Source: Centroscyllium fabricii (lineage: Eukaryota). Taken from it: DNA of 64,000 nt. Location of the stretch: contig JBNRSN020000028.1 of NCBI GenBank assembly GCA_051313645.2, positions 44,082,001 to 44,146,000 of the forward strand. Reading direction: 5' to 3'. A program made the translations under genes and the position numbers. Below are positions 38,701 through 50,567 of this stretch, one piece after another (within the stretch, counting starts at the first letter, position 1; the number at the start of each line of letters is the position of its first letter). The notes under the pieces are model-generated. The model ran no database searches. It saw only the letters and a list, made by a program, of their open reading frames with translations, and was not told the DNA's origin.

Positions 38701-39432
38701 GACTGGTTGAAATTTCCCCTCCGATCGCAACCGGTACTCCCGCAGCTAGCGACCGGAAGTAGCGGTTTCCCGCTTGCAGAGAAAATCGGCATTTACGAGA
38801 CTCTGCCATTCGAAGCCAGAGTCCTGATTGCGTGGAGCGGAAATCAAGTCCCCCCGCAATTCACTTCGGACGACAGGTTGATTGATTCCCTGTGTGAAAA
38901 TCTGTGTAGGTGCTTTTCCATTTGCACTTGTAAAAAGGAGGAGTAAAGCATCCATAACTTGAATCAGAGCAGAGGGTAAGTGATTGTTTTGACTTACAAA
39001 TTAACTTATCCAAGTTGGACTTTTGGGTTATAGTGTTGTTTGGCCAGTAGGGAAGGGATTGTTTTGCCCTGGTAGTTATTTTAAACAAATTAAAAATCGG
39101 GTTTTCAGTGTGGTTTGTCCAGTAGGGTAGCGATTGCTTTGCCTGAAAAGTAATTTTACAAAAGTTATAAATGTGGTTTTCAGTCGTCTTAAATGTGCAA
39201 ATGACTGTGTCATGCAGGCAGATTACATTCCTTTCAGGTCTGTATGTATGAATTTCAAAAAATGATTTGGGAAATCATTTCGTGCCATGCTAATATACAG
39301 GTGTGTAACCACACCTTGCCCGCCACCATAGCACGAGCTGATTTTCTACCCACTCACTTTACTACATTAACACATTTTTCCACTTTTTACTTACAGGTAA
39401 TTCAATTTAAAGAGGAAGCCTGGGAGGGAGAA

Positions 39433-40560
39433 ATGATTAATGTGCTGAAGTTCTGGGCGTTTCAGCGGCGGAGAGAACTAATTATGAGGGTATTAATGAA
39501 AAGAAGAAAACGGAGGGAACAGGAAATAAAAATACGGAGGGAACAGGAAATAAGACATAAGGAACAGGAAATAAGACAGAGGGAACAGGAAAGAACAATG
39601 AGCAACCATCAGTGTCTCCTGATGAGGAGGAAGAGCTAGCCAGCCTACAGAGTGTACAGCAAGAGAAGGACATTTGAGATGCTGTCGGAGGAGTTGTGTG
39701 TGAAGAGGCTGCGCTTCACTAAAGAGGTAATTGTTTGACTGTGTGAGATGTTGAAAGATGACCTTCAATCACGCTCGAAAACCCGCACTGCGTTGTCAGT
39801 GAACTAGAAGTTGACCACAGCACTGAAGTTCTTCACAAGTGGGTCGTTTCAGGCAATCACTGGTTGCATAAGCAACATCTCCAAGAATGCTGCGAGGGCT
39901 GCATTCACCAGGTCACATATGCCATTTACCATACGTCTTCAGAGTTTATTAAGTTTGATTGGTGAAGTCGCTGTCGGAAGGAGAGGAGGCTTGAAATTTA
40001 TCGAATTGCTTGATTCCCCAAAGTGATTGGGGCCATCGAAGGAACCCACATTGCATTGAAGACACCAGACAATGCACCTGTGACATACATTAACAGGAAG
40101 GGTTATCATTCATTGAATGTAATGATAATCTGTGATGCTCGCCTCATGATCCTGTGCGTGAATGCAGTGAACCGCGGAAGTAATCATGACTCATCTGTCC
40201 TCCGTAACTCGAACGCATATGCTGACATAAACGCATTGGCTCCACGACCTGGATGGTTATTGGGTGATACATGCTGCACGCTAAGACCATGCCTGATGAC
40301 TCCCTAGGCAACACCAGCAATGAGGCTCAGGAGAGATATAACCAGGCACATGTGTCCACAGGGCAAGTGGTGGAGAGGACACTTGTGGTTCTTAAATAAT
40401 GCTTCCGGTGCTTGGACCGGTCAGGCGGGACCTTGCAGTATTCTCACCAGAAAGTGGGAAGGATTGTGATAGCCTGTTGTGTTTTGCATAACTTTGCCCT
40501 GCGAGAATGACTGATCCTAAACCGTGAAGAGGAGCTCCCCGCTGAAATGGATGACATGGA
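39433..40560 (+). pseudogene. HARBI1-like DDE transposase, frameshifted
   Basis: LTTALKFFTSGSFQ; VIGAIEGTHIAL; YINRKGYHSLNVMIICDA; GSNHDSSVLRNS; WLLGD...LMTP, over several frames. Confidence 0.88.
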
Positions 40561-41399
40561 AATGAACATGGACGATGAAAATGCGCCTTTTGCAAGGGCT
40601 GACGGGGCACAGGCAACAGCTGCCGAAAGTAAGGAAGTTCTAGCAGTTTCACCAGATGACGATATCTGTCGCCTTGTAGCTCCCCTTCCCCCAGCAAGAA
40701 AAAGAAAGGAACAGACACAATATATAGTGGAACATTGTAATTTTATTGCATCATCAAACAGTTTTGAGCAACTTTGTTGCTGAATGTAGTTCGTTACTTA
40801 TAAATGTTAACTAGTTTAAATGTGTAAACAGTTTAAACTGATTTTTCAATTTTCTTAGTGCAATAAGGAGTAGATGGAAAATACCTATTTTATACATTGC
40901 ATTTATTTATAAAATGATCTATTAACAAAAACTTTAGATGAACATAGTTTGAAAATTTCAAATGTTAACATACATGTCAAAGATTTATAGAATATTTCTT
41001 ACCAGAAACCTTAGATTGCAACGTTCAAATGTTAACTGGCTAAAATTATTTATGAAAAAAATATGCAAACAGTTTAAAGTGAATTTAAAGTTTTCTTCGA
41101 AAAGTAGTTGTTACAATTTTTTTTTTCAAAAATAAGGTTTTACATATTTAAAAAATCATTTCTACTTCTTGATCGTTATAAATAGCGAAACCCAACATTT
41201 AACATAACGAAAAATTGAAAAATTGAAACATTTGCCCCCCCCCCCCCCGTAAAATGTGTGCATGAGGGTCAAAGAGGTGCTTATTTGACACACTAATGTT
41301 TCCTTTGCTTTTCCCGTCCCCGTGACTGGAGTGCTGTTCTGCCACTGGATCGGCTCATGTTTGCCATCTGCTGCCCTTCAGCAATTGACTCCAGGCAGT

Positions 41400-43267
41400 C
41401 CTGCAGCATCTGTACTTAAGGAGCAGCTGTCTCCCGGGCATGCACTGCCTCTGAGCTGGGAGCAGGAAAGGGCGGGGCTGCGTGAGACAAAGATAGGTTC
41501 GTAGAAACTGTTTGCAGCAACTGAACCAGTCGACCAACAGAGTCATTAATTAGATTAAGTGATGTTGTTATATTTACATCCAGCTTATCTAAATGAGATA
41601 ATTGCTTCTCCATATGTAATTACATTTTATCAATTGAACGTCATACTTTGTCAAATTTCTGGCCAAGGCTGACAATCCTTTCTACAAATTTATCACCCAC
41701 CAAACACATCGCTTGGCTTAACCCATCAATGTTCACCATGTCAGAGTGCAAGCCCTTCTCTGTTACAATTTCTTCCGATCCTCCTGCCTGCACTGCAGTA
41801 TCTGGCTGGTGTGTCTGTGTGGAACTGACAAGTGGTGTGCCTGGCACAGGACAAGATGGGCCAGCAGATGCTGTGCTACTGCCTAACATCTCATTGTCTA
41901 TGCCCTCGGGCGGCACGGTGGCATAGTGGTTAGCACTGTTGCCTCACAGCACTGGAGACCCGGGTTCAAATCCAGCCTCGGGTACTATCTGTGTGGAGTT
42001 TGCACATTCTCCCCGTGTTTGCGTGGGTTTCCTCCGGGTGCTCCGGTTTCCTCCCACAGTCCAAAGATGTGCGGGTTAGGTTGATTGTCCATGATAAATT
42101 GACCCTTAGTGTTAGGGGTATTGAATATGTGGGGTTACGGGGATAGGGTGGGATATGTGTCGGTGCAGGTTCGATAGGGATCGAGGGATATGGGGAGAGG
42201 GCAGGGGCGGGGTGCTGGGTTTGGATGATCAGTCATGATCTCATTGAATGGCAGAGCAGGCTCGAACGGCCGAATGGCCTACTCCTGCTCCTATCTTCTA
42301 TGTTTCTATGTTTCTATCACCACTAGCTGCAAGGCCACAATTTCCTCCACCTCCTCCTCCTCTGGCAGCACCAAACTCACTGCATCAGCTGCACCTATCG
42401 CAATGCCCTCCGTGCCCGTAGACTCAATGCTCCGCTCAGCTTCTATGTTGGAGGAATGATGTCCATCTTTGGAAAGGAAACAGTAAGGATTAGTAAAGGT
42501 GAAGCAGGATCTGCCACATCACAAAGGCTGATATTCACCTTAAAACCCAAAGATGTAGCTGGCCACAGCAACTCACGTTCAGCTGCTGATGCTGAGCCTT
42601 TGTTTAAGCCTTCGGGGGGAGAAACTTCAGCAAATTGATACAGCTGATGCACCCTTTCCTCATGCTCGGTCAACTCCTTTAGCAAGGCTGGGCCACTACG
42701 TGTCTTTGAGCGTTCTCCAGCATAGTGACTGTTTTTACTCTGAAATGCAAACATAAAGCAGTTCATCAGGAAGATTCAGCTCAGTCTGCAAGAAAATATA
42801 CATTTCAAACAGTATCTGCAGTATTTTATTATAGGATCAAAGTGTTATTTAAATCCTTGTGTAGCTCTAGCTTTGACATCCAGATAAGAGAAAAATAGAT
42901 GGCCCTGTCTAGCCTGTAAGCCCTAAACTTTTATTGCATCTTTGTTGCCTCAACAGATAGCAGTTGTCCAACTAACTTTTAAAATACAGTTAAGTACTCT
43001 AATACTGCACAAACCTTAACAGATCTCAACAAATCACTAAATTTCTTGCGGCATTGTTCCATTGTACGTGTCGTGCAGGAGTTTGCACTGACAGACTGGG
43101 CAACCACCGACCAGGCGATAGTTTGTCCTTTTTGTGGCGCACTTGACTTTCCAGTACTGATGATCCGTAATCTCTTCGCCTCAACCTCGGTGAGGAGATT
43201 GGTTTAGGTCATCGTCAGAGAAATTAAGACTTCTTTTAATGAAGTTCACAGAGCTACTTTCTGCCAT
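41400..43267 (-). pseudogene. Harbinger Myb/SANT-like DNA-binding gene, spliced, disrupted
   Basis: ATG at 43267: MAESSSVNFIKRSLNFSDDDL-(frameshift)-LLTEVEAKR...AWSVVAQSVSA...RTMEQCRKKFSDLLRSVK, then a GT intron. AG at 42740-42741 precedes SKNSHYAGERSKTRSGP. A SINE sits in the 3' part; the 3' limit is approximate. Confidence 0.8.
41908..42317 (+). mobile_element. HE1-type V-SINE, full length
   Basis: tRNA-like head (TGGCATAGTGG, GGTTCAAATCC), V-domain GTGTGGAGTTTGCACATTCTCCCCGTG...CCTCCCACAGTCCAAAGA, and a CR1-like tail (TTCTATGT)n. Confidence 0.92.
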
Positions 43268-45398
43268 TTCACCTTCACATTTAAACAAAATTATGATAGA
43301 ACAATTTCAGGGCTTTTAAAAGTATTTAAATGTCATCAAATCTCTTTAAAACTATGTTAAATAATTAAAATAACTGTAAAAGTCTTAAAACGTTTGTTAA
43401 ACTTAGCTAACCATTGTTAAAAATACAAATACAACACTTAACTTTTGGCCGAAATGATGAGCTGTGCTGCTGCTGGCTTCTGCTGTCTGTTCCACCTGAA
43501 AGGAGCGTGTCCATTTAAATGCGACCTTCGTGGGCGGGGCCTAGCACTTGCATCACGCACGAAGGTTCGCACACGCTGAACGCCTGGGCAGCGTGACGTC
43601 AGACGCTGCCCAGGACTCCATGGGAAAAATACAAAAGACTTCCCCGAGAAAACCGCAAAAGTCAAGTGCGCTGGCTAAGTGCAGATCAGAGCCTTGCACC
43701 CGCAACAAGCACCAGACTCTAATTTTTGGGCCAACACTGATCTCAATTCGCACGCTGATCACAATAAAAAAGAGCAGGACGTTTAAACCCACGAGCCTTA
43801 CTACCATTAGATCCAATCTGTGAACCAGTTCCGTTTGCAGCCCCTTGCTCCTGACCACTTAATACGTGTGGTTAACAAACACTTATTAATCTCAAGTTGA
43901 CAATTGGCACAGCTTTAACTGCTGTTTTTAGAAGTGTGTTATAAATACTTGCCACATTCACTTTCACTTCTCTCCTGAAGGACTTGGATCTAATATTGTT
44001 TCTATGTCCCTTACTCCTTGACGGTTCAATGGCCAGGAATACCTTCTCGCTGTCGACAGTATCAGTTCCACATAATAGCCTGAATACTTCAATCAAATCA
44101 CCAAATAATCTTGTACATTCCATGGAATATAATCCTAGTTTGTGCAATCTCCCATTGTAAATTTTCTCTTTGAACTCTATGTATCATTCTGTTAAATCTA
44201 CCTTTCAATTTTTATTCCTAATAATACGTTCCTCAGGCAAATGCCCAGAACTGTACACAGCACTGCAGGTGTGGTCTAATCCGAGCTTTGGTGTGCTGTG
44301 GAATAAATTCTCCCTCTGATATTGTAATCCTGCAGATAACGGTATCACCTTTCAGTTAGCATTTGTGAATCATTTCTGTACCTGTTCATGACCATTAAAT
44401 GATATATGTACATGGCCCTTCAGTCTATTTGAATCTCAGCTTTTTCCAGTTTAACAGAATAACGAGTGTATTCTAGGCGCACCTTTTACATCCGAAATGA
44501 ATGACGTCACACTTGCCAATATTTAAATAAATTTGTCAAACAATTGCCCAAATCTGAATCTATGAATATCTGGTCAAATTTTAAACATCCACCTAGTCTC
44601 CTTTTAATGCCGCCTGTCTTTTTTGTCACCGTCAAACTGGGATGTGTGCCACTCAGCCGTACCAAGTAATTCGGTGATAAAATCGAGGAATATTTGAGGT
44701 CCCTAGCGAAGTAACTCAGAGAAACCGCTTCTTCTATCCTGCCAATTAAATTTGCTGATCATTATCCGTAAGCTTTGTCTCCTGTCGTGCAAAGAATTTC
44801 CTAACCAGGACAATAATTTGACTTCACTTCCACGAGCTTCCACTTTAGTGAGATGTCAATTATGCGGGACATGATAAAATGTAATTTGCTCCATGTCTAC
44901 TCGCTAATAATCATGTGTTAACTGGGACTCATAATCCTCTTTGGTTCACAACAGTGAATAGCTTCCAATTATTTAGAAAATAACCCAAACTATCTTAATT
45001 TGTTCCAAAGTGGATGGTGTCACACATGCCCAGTGTGAACACCATTTGCCTTTATTTTGCTGGCTTACTCCGTCTGTCTCTGTCTCTTTTTTTACCTCAA
45101 TTTCCGATTAGGACTAATAACGGACCTTCAAACTGAGTGCGATCTTCAAACTAGCATCTACAGCAACCTTTTGCTCCATCCAAGTCAATCACACGTGTAA
45201 CATCTTATTCCGTTGCTAAACAGCATGTAGTTTGTGGGACGGAGAATATTTCTGAAATGATGGCGGTTTAAGGCAGTCAGACTGCATTTCTGGTAGAAAT
45301 CCGCTGTACAGGCTGGATTATAGACGAGAAAATTGATTTTGTAGGAGGTGCAATGATGCACTGCAGCCAATAAAAGTCTTGAGTTTTGTTCGCCAAGA

Positions 45399-45471
45399 CC
45401 CCGGATAGCTCAGTCGGTAGAGCATCAGACTTTTAATATGAGTGTCCAAAGTTCAAGTCGCTGTTCAGGCG
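45399..45471 (+). pseudogene. tRNA-Lys(TTT) pseudogene
   Basis: CCCCGGATAGCTCAGTCGGTAGAGCATCAGACTTTTAATATGAGTGTCCAAAGTTCAAGTCGCTGTTCAGGCG; anticodon and T stems are broken. Confidence 0.85.
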
Positions 45472-45814
45472 TTGATTTTAAATCACGGCACTCATCTCAT
45501 AATTCGTACTCTGATCATTTAACAATGAGAATGAGAGCAGAAGGAGACCATTTAAACCCTCGAGCCTTTCTACCATTCAATTAAATCTGTGATGACAGCT
45601 CTTCCCTCCTGATCGCTTCATAATCAAGGTTAACGATCAATCTCAATTTTAATATTGACCTTTGACACAGCTTTAACTGCTTTTTGCGGAAGTGTCTTAC
45701 AAATACTTCTCACATATATTTCTCTCCTGAAGTGCTTGGTCCTAATGTTGAGGCTACGTCCCTTACTCCGAGACGGTTCAATCATCAGGAATACCTTCAC
45801 GCTGTCGACACTAT

Positions 45815-46570
45815 GGAGGCGAATTTGGTCAGCCCATGTCTTGTGGCGCTGACCTCGGTGCTGCGATATTGTTTGTGCCAGCTCATTGGCGCTGTTCGGT
45901 CCGAAATTCCCCTGCATCACCCATAATGGGAGGGCGGGCAATGAAGCATGCGGCCCCCTCACTCTTGGTGCGAAGCATCCGAATGTCCGGTCGCTGGCGC
46001 CTCGCTAGACCGGGAGCGCATAGCGGCGACCCACGGTACTGCAGGCATTCCTCCCCATTAAAGGGGAGGGGCCCAGCGCGGCTGCGACCGGGGGCCCGTG
46101 GGGCGGCCCTGGAACCAGAATTGCCAGAAGGAGCCCGGCACGGAAATGAATTTGCCGGGCTCTGACGCCGGAGACCTGACCCGGCCGTCGGAATAGCGGG
46201 GGAGGCTGGGGTAGGCCGAGGGAGATGGAGCTTGCAGCTGGCCAGCGATATAAATGGCCGACAGCCACACGTCCCTTTAAGCAGTGCTCCCCCGCTGCTT
46301 TTGCCGCCCCAAAAAGCTGGCGCAGGCAGCGCCCAGCGAGAAATCAACAGGCTCTGTCCAATTTAGGTCGCGGGAGCCTCCCAGGCACTGTGCGGGCTGA
46401 TAACGTCATTCCCGACGTCCAGCTGGGCACTAAATTCGTTGGGGCGCTACCAGTTAGCCCGCAACTTAGCGATCACCTGAATTTCACGCTGAGCGCGAGC
46501 GCTGACGCTGCTTCTTTAGCTCCCGAATTAAGCTCGAACTGGCCGGCGCTAGACCGCCAATTTCGCGCCC
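45815..46570. mobile_element. GC-rich PIF/Harbinger-like MITE (~756 bp)
   Basis: Imperfect TIR GGAGGCGAATTTGG versus GGGCGCGAAATTGG (reverse complement of the right end), with TAT on both flanks. It interrupts the spacer sequence GTCGACAGTATCAGTTCC. Confidence 0.7.
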
Positions 46571-46764
46571 TATCAGTTCCACTTAATATCGTCAATACTT
46601 CAATCAAATCACCACTTAAGCTTCTACATTTCGGTGATATAACCCAAGTTTCTGCAGTGTCCCATGGTAAATTGTCCCTTTCAACTCCATGTATCATTCT
46701 GTTAAATCTGCGCTTAAACTGGTTTCCTAAGTTGAAATGTCCAGAATATAAAGTAGTCAAATCT

Positions 46765-48075
46765 AATGGGAGGATCTAAGATTTGGAAGCATTTAAAAGC
46801 CAGCAAAGTATAACTTAAATATTAATTAAGAAATTGAAGATAGATTATGAAAGTAAACTCGCAAAAAATATAAGCACAGATAGCAGGGATTTCTACAGTT
46901 ACATAAAAATAAAAAGTTTGGCTGAAGTGAATGTTGGTCCCAGAGAGGACGAGGACGAGCTCGGGAATTTAGTGGTGGGGAACATGGAGATGGCAGAAAC
47001 GCTGACCAAATATTTTATATCAATCTTTACAGTCGAGGACACTAAAAATATCGCAACACTGGACACACAGGGGTATGGGGGAGGGGGGGGGGTCGAGCTA
47101 AAGACCCTTACAATCACTAAGCAGGTGGTACTCGGTTAAATAATGGGACTAAAGGCGGATCAATCCCCTGGACCTGATGGCTTACATTCTAAGATATTGA
47201 GTGAGGTAGCGGAAGGGATTGTGGTTGCATTGGAGGTAATTTCCCAAAATGCCCTGGATTCAGAAAAGTTCCCAACAGATTGGGAAACTGCTAATGTTTA
47301 AAAAGGGAGGCAGACAAAAAGCTGGAAACTATAGACCAGTTAGCCTACCATCTGTGTTTGGTAAAATGTTGCAGTCCATTAATAAGGAAGCAGCAACAGG
47401 ACGTTTGGATAATTCAGCAGGGTTTTACGGAGGGGAAGTAGTGTTTCACACATTTTATCGAATTATTTGAGGACGTAACAAACAGGGTGGATAAAGGGTA
47501 ACCAATTGATCTGATTTATTTGGACATCCATAAGGCATTTGACAAGGTGCCACACAAATGATTACTGCACAAGATAAAGCAATCACGGGATTGGGTGCAA
47601 TGTACTGGCATGTGTGGACGATTGGCTATCTAACAGTAAACGGAGGTTTGAGAAAAATGGTCCATTCTCTGGTTGGTAATCAGTAACTAGTGGTGTTCCG
47701 CAGGGTTCGTTGCTGGGACCCCACATCTATATAATCTATGTTAACGATTTGGAGGAAGGGACTGACTGCAACGTATCCAAGTTTGCCGACGATGCAAAGA
47801 TAGGAGGGGATGCAGTGAATGAGGAGCACATAAAACATGCAAAGTGACATAGACTGGCTAAGTGAGTTTGTAAACAATTGGCAGAACGAATATAATGTTG
47901 GAAAGTGTGAGGTTATGCACTTTGGCAGAGAAAATCAAGTGCAAGTTATTTTCCAAATATCGAAGAACTACGAAGTGCTACAGTACAAAGGGAGCTGGGG
48001 ATCCTGGTGCATGGACACAGAAGGTAAGTCTGCAGGTACAGCCGGTGATCAGGAAGGCCAATGGAATCTTGGGCG
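46765..48075 (+). mobile_element. Degraded CR1 ORF2 fragment
   Basis: KIDYESKLAKNI, SPGPDG, GNYRPVSL, AFDKVPH, SKFADDAK and GKCEVMHFG, with many frameshifts. Confidence 0.88.
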
Positions 48076-49368
48076 GGCCTCCGATGACACCACACCTGTT
48101 TACACCTACCGCAAGTGTTACGTTCCGCCCACTATGTGACTCCAGTATCTCTTGTTTCCCAGTTGCAAGTCCTGACTTGCTTTTACACCAAGAGACTGAT
48201 CAGGATCTGGTCATTGTATCTGAAAATATAATTGTTAACAGAGAGTAAAATTATTTAGAGCAGCGCGATATTCCCTATTCACGACCACCCACTGGAAAAA
48301 CACTGCTTTCAGCATTTTCTGATTCTGCCTTTCAGGGGCAGCGAGAGACTTCCGGTGGGGACTGCAGCATCTCAGCAATGGTGAACATCAGAACATTTGC
48401 AGGTCTCCCAGGCACAAGGCGCACCCCCTCAACAAGAGGCCCAGTGCCCGGCATCGCGATTGTCAATTAACATGTCAACATTTCAATATTATCCCGGGAG
48501 AACTTGTGTTTGTAAATAGCCATATAGAGAAATGTGTTCTAACGGAGAGGGGCATCCTTCCTCATGTTGTTTAGTTTATTTCCAATGTAATTTAATCGAT
48601 CCTGGTCTTGGATGAATCGCTGCTTCTGCACAGCCCGTGTGCGAGTTGTAAATCTGCCGAATTTAACAGAATTCTAACGATTCATTAATCACGACTATGG
48701 GGGATGCGGCACGATTTCGAAAATAATCCTGAATAAACTGGACTTTCACACTGCGAAACTCCTACATGGTTGCTTGTTCGACCGAACAAACTGATCATTG
48801 ATATTTACCGAGGCGGTGTCACCTGACCACCAGGACACTGTGATTAATAAACGTTGCAGAACTGAGTCTGTATGTTCAGCTAACCGGACACGGGTTTAGG
48901 AAGATGCAAATATGTGAAAAGGTTAAAAGCGACGGTGGGCTCGAAAACAGCCTTGATCCACCCAAACCCCACCCGAACATCTTCACCTTGAGCCGGCTGT
49001 GCGGAAACTGCACATGCCCCCGTCCAGAGTCAGAAACAACGCGGAGTTGCTGCCCCATTGATCATGTGTCACGCCTCCTGACTTCACCAATGGTAAAATA
49101 TTATTACTGTGAACGTAACGTCCTCGCCACCATGTGGGTGTTCAACCCTTTCATCTATATCATCCCTTCTCTCTGCTCAAAGCCCGGACTTGTCGGTCAT
49201 TCCTGCTTTCCAACCGGTTAAGTGATGTTCGGTGTCAAGGTTCTGCTTCATTGACTGTGATCCGTTACTCCAGGAAAGAGACTGCCGCGCCCTCCATCTT
49301 TCCCAGTCACTCTTCTTTCATGATGAGACTCATAGAACCTTCAGACCTGTTTCCGGGCCCGTTCGCTA

Positions 49369-50163
49369 CTATATCAGGGTGAAGTCCATGAGCTCTCGCC
49401 CCCAGAACTCTGTGCGGGCCCGCTGGCTCCTATATCAGAGTGAGAGCATAGAGCCCCCATCCCCAGCTCTCCGGCCTGTCCTACTCGCTCCTTTATCAGA
49501 GTGAGCACCATGAGGCCTCGCTCCCAGCACTCCGGCCTGGCCCAGTCTCTCCTATGTCAGAGTGAGCACATTGAACCCTAGCCCCCAGTTCTCATGCTTA
49601 TCCTACTTTCTCCTATTCCAGGGTGAGCAACATGATCCCTCGCACCTAATTCTGCAGACTGGCCCATTTGTTCCTATATCAGAGGGAGTAACATGAGCCC
49701 TCGCACCTAGGTTTCCAGACTGGCCCATTTGTTCCTTTAGCAGAGGGAGCCACATGAGCGCTCGCTCACAGCTCTCCGTTCGGGCCCAACCACTCCGACA
49801 TCAGAGAGTGTACATTGAGCCATCGCCCCCAGCAATCCGAAATGGCCCAGTCGCTCCTATATCAGAGTGAACAACATGAACCCTCGCCTCCAGCACACCG
49901 GCCTGTCTCACTTGCGTTTATTTTAGAGTGAAAACCATGAACCCACGACCTCTGACCTACAGCCTGGCATATTGGATCTTCTATCAGTCTCAGCACCATG
50001 AACCCTCGCCCCCAGTTATTCGGCCTAGTCCACTCGCTCCTATACCAGTGCGAGCACCATGAGCCCTCGCCCTCAGCTATTAGGCCTCGCCAAATCACAC
50101 CTATATCAGAGTAAACACAATGACCTCACGCCCCCAGCCCTCCTTCATGGCCCAGTCGCTCCT
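49369..50163 (+). repeat. 61-bp minisatellite, about 13 diverged copies
   Basis: Consensus ~CTATATCAGAGTGAGCACCATGAGCCCTCGCCCCCAGCTCTCCGGCCTGGCCCAGTCGCTC. Units start at 49369, 49430, 49491, 49552 and continue to 50101. Confidence 0.9.
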
Positions 50164-50567
50164 GGGCGGCACGGTGGCATAGTGGTTAGCACTGTTGCCT
50201 TACAGCATCAGAGCCACTGGTTCAAATCCAGCCTCGGGTACTATCTCTGTGGAGTGTGCACATACTCCCCATGTCTGCGTGGGTTTCCTCCGGGTGCTCC
50301 GGTTTCCACCCACAGTCCAAAGATGTGCGGGTTAGGTTGATTGGCCATGATAAGTTGACCCGTATTTTTAGGGGGATTAAATATGTGGGGTTACGAGGAT
50401 AGGGTGGGATTTGTGTCGGTGCAGGCTCGATAGGGATCGAGGGATATGGGGAGAAAGCAGGAACAGGGTACTGGGTTTGGATGATCAGCCATGATCTCAT
50501 TGAATGGCGGAGCAGGCTCGAAGGGCCGAATGGCCTGCTCCTATCTTCTATGTTTCTATGTTTCTAT
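50164..50567 (+). mobile_element. HE1-type V-SINE, full length
   Basis: Same family as 41908; GGGCGGCACGGTGGC head and (TTCTATGT)n tail. Confidence 0.92.

Larger units (their letters stand above)
38701..43732. mobile_element. Decayed autonomous-type PIF/Harbinger DNA transposon (~5 kb)
   Basis: Convergent HARBI1-like nuclease (+) and Myb/SANT gene (-). The array spacer resumes at ~43733. Termini are degenerate (right end AATTTTTGGGCC). Confidence 0.85.
8431..46760 (+). repeat. Tandem tRNA-Lys(TTT) gene array (~1.9 kb monomer, 14 tRNA copies)
   Basis: The same spacer sequence recurs with each tRNA copy, all on the + strand. Monomer length e.g. 8431 to 10322 and 13716 to 15601. Confidence 0.95.

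Noticed and set aside
41908-41980. tRNA-like sequences at 41908, 50164 and 63181
   Set aside because: These are tRNA-derived SINE heads continuous with the V-domain and tail, not tRNA genes.
45836-46779. GC-rich overlapping ORFs of 100-184 aa
   Set aside because: They fall within a GC-rich MITE where stops are rare, and show no domain motifs.
48904-49220. Octamer ATGCAAAT (48904) and Kozak GCCACCATG (ATG 49132) as promoter and leader exon of the Ig-like gene
   Set aside because: An 8-mer is expected by chance in 64 kb. The peptide is a weak signal-peptide candidate and the donor (GTTAAG) is poor. Not supportable without transcripts.
49369-50163. CRISPR-like periodicity
   Set aside because: Whole units are homologous with no unique spacers, there are no cas genes, and the context is vertebrate. 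It is a minisatellite.
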